A DNA stretch of 64,000 bases from assembly GCA_964016885.1 (NCBI GenBank), contig OZ024743.1:338024001-338088000 (forward strand). The letters run 5' to 3'. The notes below the pieces were generated by a model. The model searched no databases and was not told the DNA's origin. It saw nothing but the letters and a program-made list of their open reading frames with translations. Below are positions 11,458-23,136 of this stretch, piece by piece. The stretch comes from Eledone cirrhosa (lineage: Eukaryota). Each line of letters begins with the position of its first letter. The first letter of the stretch is position 1. The position numbers and the translations under genes are program-made.

Positions 11458-11680
11458 AAAAGGAAAACAACTATGCTGAACTAATGAGGAATCTTCAGAT
11501 ACTCCACCCTGACTATCCCTATATACCTGTGTATTATTAGGGCTCTGGGATATGTTACTAACTGCCTCAGTACAAATCTTGAGAAGATGGGCTTCACAGA
11601 GCCAGAAAGCTGCAAGTACAGTCCATTAATGGAACTATAAAGTTTTGAAAAACATTTCAGAAATTCGACATGAAATAGCT
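11458..11680 (+). pseudogene. 3' fragment of an RLE-type (R4/Dong-like) non-LTR retrotransposon
   Basis: Manual translation KENNYAELMRNLQILHPDY..IPV/IIRALGYVTNCLSTNLEKMGF..LQVQSINGTIKF*KTFQKF aligns with the C-terminus of the ORF at 17754-18179. It contains a frameshift and a stop. Confidence 0.75.
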
Positions 11681-11890
11681 GCATATACACATGTATAGAC
11701 ACAGATGCATATACTTTCAAAATATACAGATCTACACATGCAATAACACCCACACCTGCACACACACACACAAACACATACATATATACATACATATATG
11801 TCTAAATTCCAATGAAAGAGTCTTGTTTCTATGTTAAAAACCAGCTTTCTCTCTATTCGTAAAGGTTTATAAAATAATAAAACCAGAAAA

Positions 11891-12079
11891 ACATACATAC
11901 ATACGTACATACATACATACGTACGTATATACGTACATACATACATACATACATACATACATACGTACGTACATACATACATATATACATACGTACATAC
12001 ATACATACATGCATACATACATACATACATACATACATACATACATACATACATACATACATACATACATACATACATG
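11891..12079. repeat. (CATA)n microsatellite, the (TATG)n 3' tail of the RTE
   Basis: Directly abuts the RTE 3' terminal sequence. Confidence 0.92.
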
Positions 12080-12164
12080 ATGGCTGCCCCCTCGTTATCG
12101 AGTATGGCCATTGCACAATAAAAATTAAAAAAAAAAAATAAAATAAAATAAAAAAATAAAAAAA

Positions 12165-12222
<58 letters not shown>

Positions 12223-12301
12223 GCAATAATAATAATAACGACAACAACAATAATAATATACATATTCATATATATATACACACACACGCACGCACATAAG
12301 C

Positions 12302-12339
<38 letters not shown>

Positions 12340-15300
12340 GATAGCAACTAACAGTGCTGCGATCGAATGTGGCTTTTTAGCCCAGCCAATGATCCAAAAT
12401 GTCTTGCACAGAGTCGGCAACCAAAACATTTACTGGGAATAGTCGGCTGTGGTTGGAGTTCGTGTACTTTTGCATGTCGCTTGAGTCCTCCTGCTGACTT
12501 ACATTCTCTACCACATGTTTGGCAAGCATGATGAGTAGCATCTCCAACAGCAGCCCGGTAGTCAACCACTGGTCTTACTTTATGACTGCGAAGATGACTT
12601 TCGAGTCCAGCTTTGCTTAGGCAGAGTCTCGCACAGACGCTGCATGTCAGAAACATAGGAGGACCCTCGCCGTCTGGAAGTGCAACAGCAATACCCTTCC
12701 TCACGTCCCGCTTTACTTTCTCGTGTGCGACTCGAGATGCCCCAAAGGCAACCCTTCCCTCACACACAGTCCCTCTCCATTTATTACGATCAGCAGCAAT
12801 ATTTTCCCATGTATCAGCAGAGACGCTAGCGTCCTTCAGAGAGGCCTTCAAGGAATCCTTATACCTCTTTTTTGGTTTATGTGGCGGTCGTTTTCCCTTA
12901 ACCAACTCTCCATAGAAGAGTTGTTTTGGTATTCTAGAATCCTTCATCCCGGCAAGGTGACCACTCCAACGGAGTCGCTGCCCAAGCACAAGAGCTTCTA
13001 TACCGTCACACATAGAGCTTTCCAAAATCTCGACATCACTGATGTGGTCCCTCCAGCGAACGCCATGTATCCGTCTGAGACACATCTGATGGAAACGCTC
13101 CAATTGCTTAAGGTGGCGTCGATATGTGACCCAGGTCTCGCAGGCATAAAGAAGACAAGAGAGTACACATGCCCTGTACACCCTTACCTTTGTCCTCCTG
13201 CATATGTCTCGCCGACCCCAGAGTCGCCTTTCTAGCTTTCCGAAAGCATCACTTGCTTTCCTAATCCCAAGTGAGATTTCACCGTCAAGGTTGCCGTATC
13301 GATTGACAGTGCTTCCCAGGTAGACAAACTGATCAACCACTCCAAGTCGTTTGCCATACACATAGATGTTTGGTCCAGTGTACTGCCTACCAGGTGCAGG
13401 TTGGTACATGACGACGGTTTTCTTGAGACTGACAGTCAAACCCAGGGCAGTGCAAGCGTCAGAAAATACATTCAAAATGTGCTGCATATCACTCTCTGTG
13501 TGCGCTACAAGATCGCAATCATCTGCATACAAGAGGTCTCTTATGACTGATGTAAATACTTTTGTCTTCGCAGCAAAGCGCCTGATGTTAAATATGCTGC
13601 CTGAGGTTCGATATCGGATGTAAACACCATGCTCGCAATTCCTGAATGCAATACAGAAAACCATTGCAAAGTATATGGCAAACAGGGTCGGTGCTGGAAT
13701 ATCCCCCTGTTTCACTCCATTTTTTACTGAGATAGGCTCCGACATGTTACCTCCGACATTAACCCAAGCCTTCATGTCGTCATGGAAAGACCTAACTAAA
13801 GCAAGGAACTTATCAGGGCAACCAAGTTTCTGGAGAACCTTCCATAATGCATCTCTGTTGACAGTATCGAAAGCCTTTGTCAGATCGACAAAAACCTGAT
13901 ACAGATCCAAGCCCTGTTCAATGCACTTCTCCCGGAGCTGTCCAGCCGAGAAGATCATATCAGTAGTGCCGCGTCCAACACGAAAACCAGATTGACTTTC
14001 AGGAAGGACACAATCTGCAATGTGTGTCAGCAGACGGTCCAGAAGCACCCTACATAAAACTTTCCCCACGACAGAAAGCAATGATATACCTCTGTAGTTC
14101 CCACAATCATTCCTGTTACCCTTTCCCTTGTACAAGACCACCATTACCGCATCTCTCCAGTCCTCAGGCACGGATTCATTAGCCCATATCCTTCCAAACA
14201 GAGAGTGAAGATGTTGCAGGAGTCTCTCACCACCATATTGTAGGAGCTCAGCATGTATGCCATCCATACCTGGAGATCTTCCACTGTTCAGCTTCGAAAT
14301 AGCCACTGCAACCTCCACAAGTGTCGGAGGCTCTGCGAGAGCTACTTTCACAGGACTTTCCGGAATGAGATTGAGGAAATCTTCACTGACGACAGACGGC
14401 TGATTCAAAAGATCATCAAAGTGCTCCCGCCACCTTCGTAGAATTCCCTGTGAGTCACGAAGAAGTTCTTTGCCATCCTTGCTGCGAATCGGTGTCACCA
14501 GAGAAGAAGACGGTCCATAAACCTCACGCAAGAGACTGTACAACAGCTTTGTGTTATTGCAATCAGACGCAGTTTGTATCTCACCAGCCTTCTCACTCCA
14601 CCACTGATCCTTCATCTGAGAAAGACTCCGCCTAACACGTGATTTTACATCCCTGAGCTCCTCATGCAACGTATTCCTCTCCTGTGGTCTTGCCGTCAAG
14701 TAGCGTGACAGAGCGCGCCTCTTATCAGCCAACAAGTCATCTATATGCACATCTTTCTCATTAAACCAGTCCTGATGTTTTCTCTGCACCAATCCCAGAA
14801 CACGTCTGCCTACATCATAAACCGACTTTTTAAGGGTCGGCCAATCCTCACCAAGATCTGCAGCCTGCATCTCTTCCTCCAATGTCCTCTTCACATTTTT
14901 ATCCTTAAGACGAGCAGCATTCAATCTTTTGGGCAGGGCAACACCAGGAGCCCGGATTTTACGTTTGGTGATTAGATTCACTTTTGCGCGTACCAGGCGG
15001 TGGTCCGTCCAGCACTCAGCTCCACGAAGAACACGAACACACCGCACATCCTGTCTGTCACGCATCCTGACTAGGACGTAGTCCAAAAGATGCCATTCCT
15101 TAGATGCAGGATGCATCCATGTGGTCTTGAATTTGTTCTCTTGTTGGAACATGGTGTTGGTAACACACAGATCCAGCTCCTCACACATCTGCAGCAAGAG
15201 CATACCATTGCTGTTACACTTTCCCACCCCATGCCTTCCGATTACATTCCATGTGTTAAAATCCCTACCCACTCTAGCATTAAAGTCACCAAGCACGATG

Positions 15301-15935
15301 ACTTTGTCTGCCTGAGGGATATTTCTTAAAACACCTTTCAAGGCATGGTAAAAGGACAGTTTTTCTTCATCGACAGAATTCATAGTTGGAGCATACACAC
15401 TCACCAGGGTAGCATATCTTCCCTTGTCCAGCGGAACTCTCATGGACATAAGACGCTCACTAATCCCCACTGGGAATTCTTCCAATTTATTCACCAGTAC
15501 AGTCTTAACAGCAAATCCTACCCCAGCCTCTCTTCTGGTTCCTTCATCTCTTCCTTTCCAGAAGAATGTATATTCTCCACAAAATTCCGTAAGATGACCA
15601 TCCCCAGCTAACCTCGTCTCAGACAAAGCCACGATGTCAAGATCGTAACGTCGAAGCTCCTTCGCAACAAGAGCGGTCCTTCGTTCAGGACGCTCCAAAG
15701 AATCCCTGTCAAGCAGCGTCCGTACGTTCCAGCAGCCAAGACTAAATGCCCTGTTTGGCTCTATTACAATGGCACGATGACGGGCGGGCCCAGGTTGTGA
15801 TAACTTGGGGCCCCTGCCCTTATTGCCAATGATCTTTTTTGTTCCAGAACCCAAATTGGCAATTATCTCGTTTACATTGTTCTGGAACATCATTGAATTG
15901 GGAAAAAAAAAAAAAAAAAAAAAAAAGTAATAATA

Positions 15936-15970
<35 letters not shown>

Positions 15971-16273
15971 ACACTATTAATAATTATTAATGCACTCGTG
16001 CAATGCCTGTGCGTGACGAATATTTTTAAAGTGAGGAAAGACTGTGCACTGAACCAATCCCACTCTCTGAGCGACAGTAGCTATAACCCGAAAAGAAGAA
16101 AAGATCAACATCATCGGTAACTACTGAGCCGCAGGTTTTATATCGGAGTTAACCCAGTTTCCTGAGATGCCTTCTCCTAGAAGAATACCCTGACATGGGC
16201 TAGGGGTTCTTCACTCCCAGTGGTTTAACTGCGCGATCGGGCATCCAGCCCGATTATTTCTATGTCCCCGCGC
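12078..16273 (-). mobile_element. Near full-length RTE-clade LINE
   Basis: Single APE-RT ORF, a ~380-bp 5' region, a short microsatellite-containing 3'UTR ending TGCAATGGCCATACTCGATAACGAGGGGGCAGCCATC, and a tandem-repeat tail. The 5' limit is approximate and no TSD was seen. Confidence 0.9.
12348..15893 (-). CDS. RTE LINE polyprotein: AP endonuclease, reverse transcriptase and three C-terminal C2H2 zinc fingers (1181 aa, uninterrupted)
   Basis: APE motifs WNVRTL, LSETR, YAPT, GDFNARVG, LDYVL, TDH. RT motifs FVDLTKAFD, GVKQGD, LYADD, YLGS. Fingers CSVC..HLRSH, CQTC..HAKVH, CRLC..HIRSQH. Confidence 0.95.
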   Translation of the reverse strand: MMFQNNVNEIIANLGSGTKKIIGNKGRGPKLSQPGPARHRAIVIEPNRAFSLGCWNVRTLLDRDSLERPERRTALVAKELRRYDLDIVALSETRLAGDGHLTEFCGEYTFFWKGRDEGTRREAGVGFAVKTVLVNKLEEFPVGISERLMSMRVPLDKGRYATLVSVYAPTMNSVDEEKLSFYHALKGVLRNIPQADKVIVLGDFNARVGRDFNTWNVIGRHGVGKCNSNGMLLLQMCEELDLCVTNTMFQQENKFKTTWMHPASKEWHLLDYVLVRMRDRQDVRCVRVLRGAECWTDHRLVRAKVNLITKRKIRAPGVALPKRLNAARLKDKNVKRTLEEEMQAADLGEDWPTLKKSVYDVGRRVLGLVQRKHQDWFNEKDVHIDDLLADKRRALSRYLTARPQERNTLHEELRDVKSRVRRSLSQMKDQWWSEKAGEIQTASDCNNTKLLYSLLREVYGPSSSLVTPIRSKDGKELLRDSQGILRRWREHFDDLLNQPSVVSEDFLNLIPESPVKVALAEPPTLVEVAVAISKLNSGRSPGMDGIHAELLQYGGERLLQHLHSLFGRIWANESVPEDWRDAVMVVLYKGKGNRNDCGNYRGISLLSVVGKVLCRVLLDRLLTHIADCVLPESQSGFRVGRGTTDMIFSAGQLREKCIEQGLDLYQVFVDLTKAFDTVNRDALWKVLQKLGCPDKFLALVRSFHDDMKAWVNVGGNMSEPISVKNGVKQGDIPAPTLFAIYFAMVFCIAFRNCEHGVYIRYRTSGSIFNIRRFAAKTKVFTSVIRDLLYADDCDLVAHTESDMQHILNVFSDACTALGLTVSLKKTVVMYQPAPGRQYTGPNIYVYGKRLGVVDQFVYLGSTVNRYGNLDGEISLGIRKASDAFGKLERRLWGRRDICRRTKVRVYRACVLSCLLYACETWVTYRRHLKQLERFHQMCLRRIHGVRWRDHISDVEILESSMCDGIEALVLGQRLRWSGHLAGMKDSRIPKQLFYGELVKGKRPPHKPKKRYKDSLKASLKDASVSADTWENIAADRNKWRGTVCEGRVAFGASRVAHEKVKRDVRKGIAVALPDGEGPPMFLTCSVCARLCLSKAGLESHLRSHKVRPVVDYRAAVGDATHHACQTCGRECKSAGGLKRHAKVHELQPQPTIPSKCFGCRLCARHFGSLAGLKSHIRSQHC

Positions 16274-17439
16274 AAAAAAAAAAAAAAATTACTTATTGAC
16301 ACTTATACGTACGACATACACACACACGCATACATATGCGTGCACACAGCAACACTCACACACACACACGCTACTCTACTCACTTACACGCACACACACA
16401 CATATATATATATATATTACCGTCATTACTGATACAAGATTACCAGATTATGTCAACTGTTGACTTTCAAGAGTTTGTATAGTTGAAGCCGATCGTATTA
16501 CAGTCCAGTATTACTATAATTGCTTTACAGCATAGAGTTATGGCTCTCCACGGAGTCAACAAAAGAGAGTACCAGTGATGCGCTGGCCAGTCGCTGGATC
16601 CGTGCCAAAAGCAGAAAAATTATTATTAAAGTTGTTCTTAAGGCCAGGTCGCTGGTGATGGTGATGGCGACGGCGGTGGCGGTGGTGGTGGTGGTGGCAG
16701 TTGATGTTGTTGTTCTGTTGTGTGTGTGTGTGTGTGTGTGTGTGTTTTGTTATTTTGAGTTTTTTTTTTTTTTTTCCTTTCTTTTTTTTCTCCTTTTTTT
16801 TTTTTTTTTCCCCTTCCCTTTTCTTTTTTCTTTTCCCTTCCTTTTTTTATGTTTTGATGCCGCTGTTGTTGTTGTTGTTGTAATTGTTGTAAATGTTCAT
16901 TTCAGTTCATTCTGAAGCTGTTGTTGCTGTAAACATTAGGGCCGGTGTTGTTGTTGTTGTAGATGTTGGGGTTGAAATCTGGTTGTTTGACTGAGTGATG
17001 TATATACACACATATACATACACACACATATATATATATACATTCATCAGAGAGTAGAGAGTTTGACAACAGGTCGATGACTTTAGTCTCGATAGGGTAT
17101 GGTATGGTAATGACATGTGATGGTGGGGAGAGAGTGTAGACGTTATTGTGGTGGTGTGGACAGTGAGATGTATCTAGTTCATTTGACCGTTTTCTTCTCT
17201 TAGCAAAATTTGAATTCTAGCCATGTTATATTGAGATGTAAGTAAATGTAAAATATAAATAAGGATTGCTCTGCTAAAATATACTAAAATATTTGTGTAA
17301 CTTCCACAAACTTCTGTCGTGACATTCCCGAGACCAGCAACCAACAAATTGTTGTATTTTGATGTTTCAGAATACAAAAATTAATTAAAAACTTACCCCA
17401 CGAAGAGACAGCGTGTGTTGTCCTATCTATAAGCTCCCT

Positions 17440-17473
17440 CATACATACATACATACATACATACATACATACA

Positions 17474-17503
<30 letters not shown>
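17440..17503. repeat. (CATA)n microsatellite
   Basis: Perfect run at the 5' junction of the R4/Dong-like fragment. Confidence 0.95.
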
Positions 17504-17505
<2 letters not shown>

Positions 17506-18260
17506 GGGATATCTCTATGCAATACAGGAACAAGAACTCCCTACCAAATATCTGCTGCACAAAAGAGGAGGGCCAGCAGCTGACAATAAATGTAGGCTAT
17601 GTAAAACAAAGATCGAGGATGTAAGCCACATTGTTGCCAGCTGCGAAAGAATGTCATCTCGCTACTACCTCCCCATGAGACACGATGGGATAGCTAGAAC
17701 TATCTGGAACGCACTTCGGAAAACAAAATTAACAACAAACGAGGAAGAATATATTGAGACAGATGGCACTAAGGAATATATTGAGACAGATGGCACTAAG
17801 GAACCTGAAAATAAAAACTGCCACCAAATTAAAGCACAACCGGCCTGATATTGTAGTTTGGGACCACACATTGAAAACGTGTTCTGTTGTGGAGATCAGC
17901 TGCCCACTTGATGTAAACGTTGTCAGAAAAATACAGGAGAAGGAGGACATCTACGGACCATTGATGAGGAGCTTACAAATCCAGTATCCAAGATACACCT
18001 TTAGCTTCATACCCATCATTATTGGTGCTACGGGTTATATACCAACCCGCTTGGACCAAAGTATGACCGAACTTGGATTTGCGGACAAAAAGCGCAGCTC
18101 CCTAATTCATAGTCTACAAATGGCTGCGATAGCTGGCACCTTCAAAATATGCAAAACATTCTTGCGATTCAAGGGATGACAATTTCTTTTCTTTTACAAC
18201 CTTGCCACCAGGAAAGTGGCCGGTCAAAAAAATATACTCGAAATTAAGAGAAAGAGAAAA
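17504..18260 (+). mobile_element. 5'-truncated R4/Dong-like non-LTR retrotransposon (CCHC knuckle and restriction-like endonuclease), frameshifted
   Basis: Translation GYLYAIQEQELPTKY..KCRLCKTKIEDVSHIVASC..RHDGIA, then HNRPDIVVWD..VVEISCP..KEDIY..PIIIGATG (PD-(D/E)xK RLE). There is a 27-bp internal tandem duplication at ~17747-17800, and the element ends in GAAAA(CATA)n. Confidence 0.88.
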
Positions 18261-18336
18261 CATACATACATACATACATGTGTGCACACACGTACATGTA
18301 TCTATACACTTACAGATACATGCACACACATGTTAC

Positions 18337-18456
18337 AGAAGAAGAAGAAGAAGAAGAAGAAGAAGAAGAAGAAGAAGAAGAAGAAGAAGAAGAAGAAGAA
18401 GAAGAAGAAGAAGAAGAAGAAGAAGAAGAAGAAGAAGAAGAAGAAGAAGAAGAAGA
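18337..18456. repeat. (AGA)40 perfect microsatellite
   Basis: 120-bp uninterrupted run. Confidence 0.97.
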
Positions 18457-19044
18457 TCTCTTGGTGGAGACGGAGAGTCACCGTCATCCGCGAACGCAGC
18501 CGATTTCCCCCAGAGAAACAAAGAGAGAAAATAAAACAAACGACAGCGTAAGAACTGGTACCAATACTGAACTGATACTTTATTTATCGACCTCTAAAGC
18601 ATGAAGAATCAAAGTTATGATTGTGAGTCTAAGACCCGAACCACTAGGCCGCACGCCCTACATGGAGAGAAGTCCAAGTGCCTGTTGATATAAGAATTTC
18701 GGAGTCACATACCAATGTGTGCGACCATAATACAAACCTCTTGGCTTCGTTTTTTTTCACAGAATTTGGTCGTCTTTGCCAACTGTAATCTTTTTTTCCA
18801 AAAAGAATTCGTAACAATACGAAACTGATTTTACAGAAATCTCATCTCACGGCAATCTATTCAATCATCTGTCATCTTTGTTGTTTTTTATTCATTGATA
18901 CTAAACAGAAATGTTAACACATATTCTACCTGACTCACCACTTCTTTCTCCTTCTCCTTCTCCATTCCTCTCTCGCTCTCTCGATATATATATGTATATA
19001 TATATATATATATATGCATATATTTTGTATATCTATCTATCTAT

Positions 19045-22000
19045 TGATGGAGACCATCAGAAACAACCCTTTGGCCAAAACCGAAGGGAAAACTTTGGAT
19101 AGCTCCAACAAAAACAAAAAAAAACGAACCTAAACCTGATCAGGATCCCTATAGGAACTTATAGATCCCTAAAAGAAACATTTGTAGAGGACGTGGGGAA
19201 TTCCTGCGTGAAACCAATCAACCGCATCCTCTACAAAGGACTCCCCACCACAGGCACCCCCACCCAAGTCATCCCCATCCCGCCAGACACCCCCTCCCCA
19301 CCAAACACCTCCGTCCCCACCCCGCCAGAAACCACCACCCCACCAAACATACCCTCCAACACCCCCATGGAAATTGTGCAGCCTGGTCCCCAGGAGACGA
19401 AGAGCCCGATACCCGGGACGCAGAGAGGTAAGTGCCTTTTCTCTTCACCACCAACATGGCTATACTAAGAGTAGGCTGTCTAAATGCGCGTGGCCTGGGC
19501 TCAACTTGGAAGCAAGCAATGCTTCTAAATGACCTCAGGTCACAACGTATAGATGTGATGGTTATTTGTGAGGCCCGGATCAGCAACGTGCGACAGCTGG
19601 CCCCCACCTTTGATGATATTGAGATGCACGCATCTCTCTGTCAACCCGGAGGTGGGGGTGGGGTTGTCGTTCTGCTGCAAAAACGTCTGGGTCTCGCAAC
19701 ACAGACGGTACATTTGGACCCGGAGGTTCGACTAGTGGTTCTGGACCTTGGCATTGGTGAAGGCGGAACGTTTAGGCTGGTAGCCGTCTACGGCCCTTTC
19801 GGGTCAACGCGGCCGGACTTCTGCCATCGTCTGGAGACTTTTCTAGGGACGTCCCGCTCCTTGCTATTAGTGGGGGACTGGAATGGTATCCTAGATGTAC
19901 GTTGGGACTACGTAGGGGCCTGTCCCGATAGAGAGGGTTGTAACAGCCTCAAAGGGTTAATCGGTCGATTTGACCTGGCCGATAGATATCGACTAGATTT
20001 TCCGACTGCGCCAACCTGGACTTGGGCAAATCGCAGCGGATCATCTAGGTCGTACCTAGATAGGTTCTTAGTTAGAAATAAGGATAAGGACATTTTAAGT
20101 TGTCCAAAAATGCTCATGGTTGGCTATTCAGACCACAAGTTAGTGACCTGCATGGTCAACTTTGACAGAACGCATAGACACGGACCCGGTTACTGGAAGC
20201 TCAATTTGTCCTTACCGGCAAGTAAGACTTACAGGGACCGGATTAGCACTTTAGTTAAGGAGCGGTTGACGGGCGCCATCGTCAACAGCAGATGGTGGGG
20301 ATCTCTCAAAAGAGAAATTAGAGTAGTCTCTATAGAATTTAGTAAGGAGTTAGCCTCAAATAGAAATAGGAAGGAAAGGGAGTTGGTAGATAGTGTAGAA
20401 GAGGCAATTAGAAGCGGCGACGTGGCCAGAGTGCTAGCCTCGAGAACGGCCCTGGGCCAGTTCTTCCACGCGAAACACGAAGGCTGCATCGTCCGAAGCA
20501 AAATACGTGCTCTAGGAAACGAGGGGACCAAAGCTGTTAGCTGGGCCCGCGTGACAGAAGACAAAAGAGGGAGTAGATCCACTATCCGGTCTTTGCGAGA
20601 CCAGGATGGACGGGTGATCCTTGAACCTAAGCAGATGTGCGAGGCTTTTCAAAAGCACTTTTCCAGATTGTTCGGAAGGGGTGGGGAACCGGTTGGGGAA
20701 GTGGACTTCGGTCCATACCTCGACGGCCTGCCACGTCTCTCGGACAGGGAGGCGAAGTCCTGAGAGGAGCCGATTTCAGCCGCTGAGATAGAGGACGTGC
20801 TGAGCCAATGCGGCAAACGCAAATCCCCGGGTCTCGATGGTCTTCCATACGAACTATATCTAGCTATGCCGGACTTGTTCCCCGATCTCCTCGAGGCGGT
20901 TTACTGCAACTGGCAGCAGAGCAGGAGAATTTCCTGTGCTGTGACCAAGGGCGTAGTCACGCTAGTGAGGAAGGACGAGAACAAGGGGGACAATATAAAT
21001 AATTCTGCTAAATACAGAGTTACATATTTTGGCGAAGGTGCTAGCAAAGAGGTTGGCGCTTGTCGTGGGCAACCTGGTGGGAGATGCGCAGACATGTGCT
21101 ATCCCGTCCAGGTCCATCCACAACAACCTCCACCTCATGCGAGGGTTGGGAACGAACCCGGCTTTGGTGGGGCCCTGATCAACTTGGATCAATCTAAGGC
21201 GTTCGATAGGGTCGACCATGGTTACCTGGATGCGGTGCTAGCGGTGACAGGCTTCGGACCCGTTTTCAGGAGCTGGATCAATGCCATGCACAGCAACCGC
21301 ATCTGCTCTAGGGTCAAGGTGAACGGCTACCTCTCGGAGCCGTTCGAAATCGCGCGGTTCATCCGACAAGGGTGCCCTCTTTCCTCCCTTCTGTATGTAA
21401 TGACTCTAGAGCCACTGCTGCGGAAGTTGGAGTTGTTGCAGGGCATCCCGTTGGAACCGGGATTGCGGAAAGCGGTGTCGGCCTACGCCAATGACGTAAC
21501 AGTAATAGTGTCGACGGCCTCGGAAATCGGAGTGATCGGCACCTTACTGGAGGAGTACGAAAAGTTTACAGGGGCTAAGCTGAACCGGGACAAGTCGATC
21601 GGTGTGCAACTCGACACGTGGAGGGGCAGATCGATGCCCTCCGATGGCGTCGTCGGGCGCTGGACGGAGGGCCCGGTGAAGTTGCTCGGTGTCTGGTTCG
21701 GACCAGACCTCCAGGTGGTGAATAACTGGGGTGAGGTAACGAACAGGGTGTTTGCACTGATCCAGAAGTGGGCCGAGTGCAAACTGTCCCTGAAAGGTCG
21801 GGCAGAGGTGGTGAACACTTATATAGCGTCCGTCATTTACTACCGCCTGACCGTCGTGCCTTGCCCAAGGGAAACGTTCGCCAAAATGGAGCGCGCACTC
21901 TTCCAATTCCTTTGGAAGAAGCGGGCTCCTATGGTGAAGAGATCCATCTGCTGTCAACACCCTTCGAAAGGAGGGCTGGGGATGCCGTGGCTGATGATGC

Positions 22001-23135
22001 GTAAACACGCATTAAGGCTACGACACCTCCAGGTATTCCTCACCGGTCAACCGGTGTGGGCCCCGTTTGTGAGGCGATCCTTTCCCAGACTCGTCTCGCT
22101 CACCGAGCTGCAATCCTGGGTCAAGCAAAGACCGAGAAAACTGGGCGCCTGGCACACCGAGTGTGCCCAGGCGCTCACGGCTCTCTGACAGGCGGACCCG
22201 GCTGTCAGTGGAGAATCCACCTCGTCATTCTATACAGGACTGGTGGTTAGCAGGTGCGACGACGCCCTCGGAGAAGCCCTAGGCATGGTGGAAAACGAAC
22301 TGGCCAACCTGTTCGGTAGGACATTCAGCCCGGGACCTATGGATAACTTCCAGAGGTCCCTGGCCTGGCAGTGCTACAAAGGGGCTCTGCCCGTTCGAGA
22401 AAGGCTCTACAGACACGGGCGCCCGGGTAGGGACCCCCCGAAAAAGATGTCCCAGATGCGTGTGCGACGAGAAAACCGTTTCACACGCATTGGTACACTG
22501 CTCGGGCATTGCTGATCTGTGGGGCTATGTCGAACGACTGCTGTCACGGGTGGGACCGATCCGGTTGGCCACCGAGTCTATTGTAACGATCAAGCCGCCT
22601 CCTCTCTTCAAAAACGAAGTAGAGGCGGTGTTTCTCTGCGTAATAGCCATGGCGAAAGAGATTCTATGGTGGACGCGTCTGAAAGGACTGAGGTCAGACA
22701 CCTTTCTCTCTGGCCAACAACTGGTCCGTTTCTTCCGATATCATTTCGGAAGAAGGATCAGGATGGAGAGAGAGGTGCTGCACCCCAGCCGTTTCTATGA
22801 AAGATGGGTGAAAGTGGCGAGAATGGCTCGTGTGAATGGGCCTTCACTCTACATCAGACTGTAGGTGAGGAAGATGAAAGATCAAGGGAGCACCCTCTCT
22901 CTGTGTTCCTGAGGAGAAGGGTTGCATACTTTTTTCGGGAGTGTGTGCGACCCCCCAAGGCGCCTCCTCCCTAGTGATGATTTTGTTATTCAATTTATTT
23001 TTGTTATATTTTATATTTTTATATTTTAATATTTTGTTATTGCCTCCTCCTTAATGAGGACGCCTTTTTATGTAAACTCCCCCCATTGTACTTGTCCCAC
23101 TCTTTGATGCCCTGGTGGCAAATAAAAAGAAAGTT
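19045..23135 (+). mobile_element. 5'-truncated, decayed L1/Tx1-clade LINE
   Basis: Pro-rich ORF1 C-terminus ending at 19468 and overlapping the ORF2 start at 19456. T-rich 3'UTR ending AATAAAAAGAAAG. TATCTAT lies at both junctions. Confidence 0.88.
19456..22864 (+). pseudogene. L1/Tx1 ORF2 (APE, RT and CCHC), disrupted
   Basis: Motifs LNARGL, GDWN, SRSYLDRF, SDH, GPGYWKLN, KSPGLDGL, DQSKAFDRVDH, RQGCPLS, YAND (for YADD) and CPRC..H..HC. There is an in-frame TGA at 20761 and frameshifts or deletions near 21000, 22190 and 22440. Confidence 0.92.
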
Positions 23136-23136
23136 A

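Noticed and set aside
12348-12650. Host C2H2 zinc-finger gene
   Set aside because: The fingers are in frame with APE-RT and are followed by the LINE 3'UTR and tail.
12377-15611. Antisense and alternate-frame ORFs overlapping the RTE
   Set aside because: They are short shadows of the main ORF with no recognisable motifs.
19423-19434. Perfect splice donor AG|GTAAGT near the ORF1/ORF2 junction
   Set aside because: A single short motif with no identifiable acceptor or transcript evidence.
20761-20763. In-frame TGA in Tx1 ORF2 as selenocysteine or programmed readthrough
   Set aside because: The copy also has frameshifts, deletions and a YADD-to-YAND change, so ordinary decay explains the stop.
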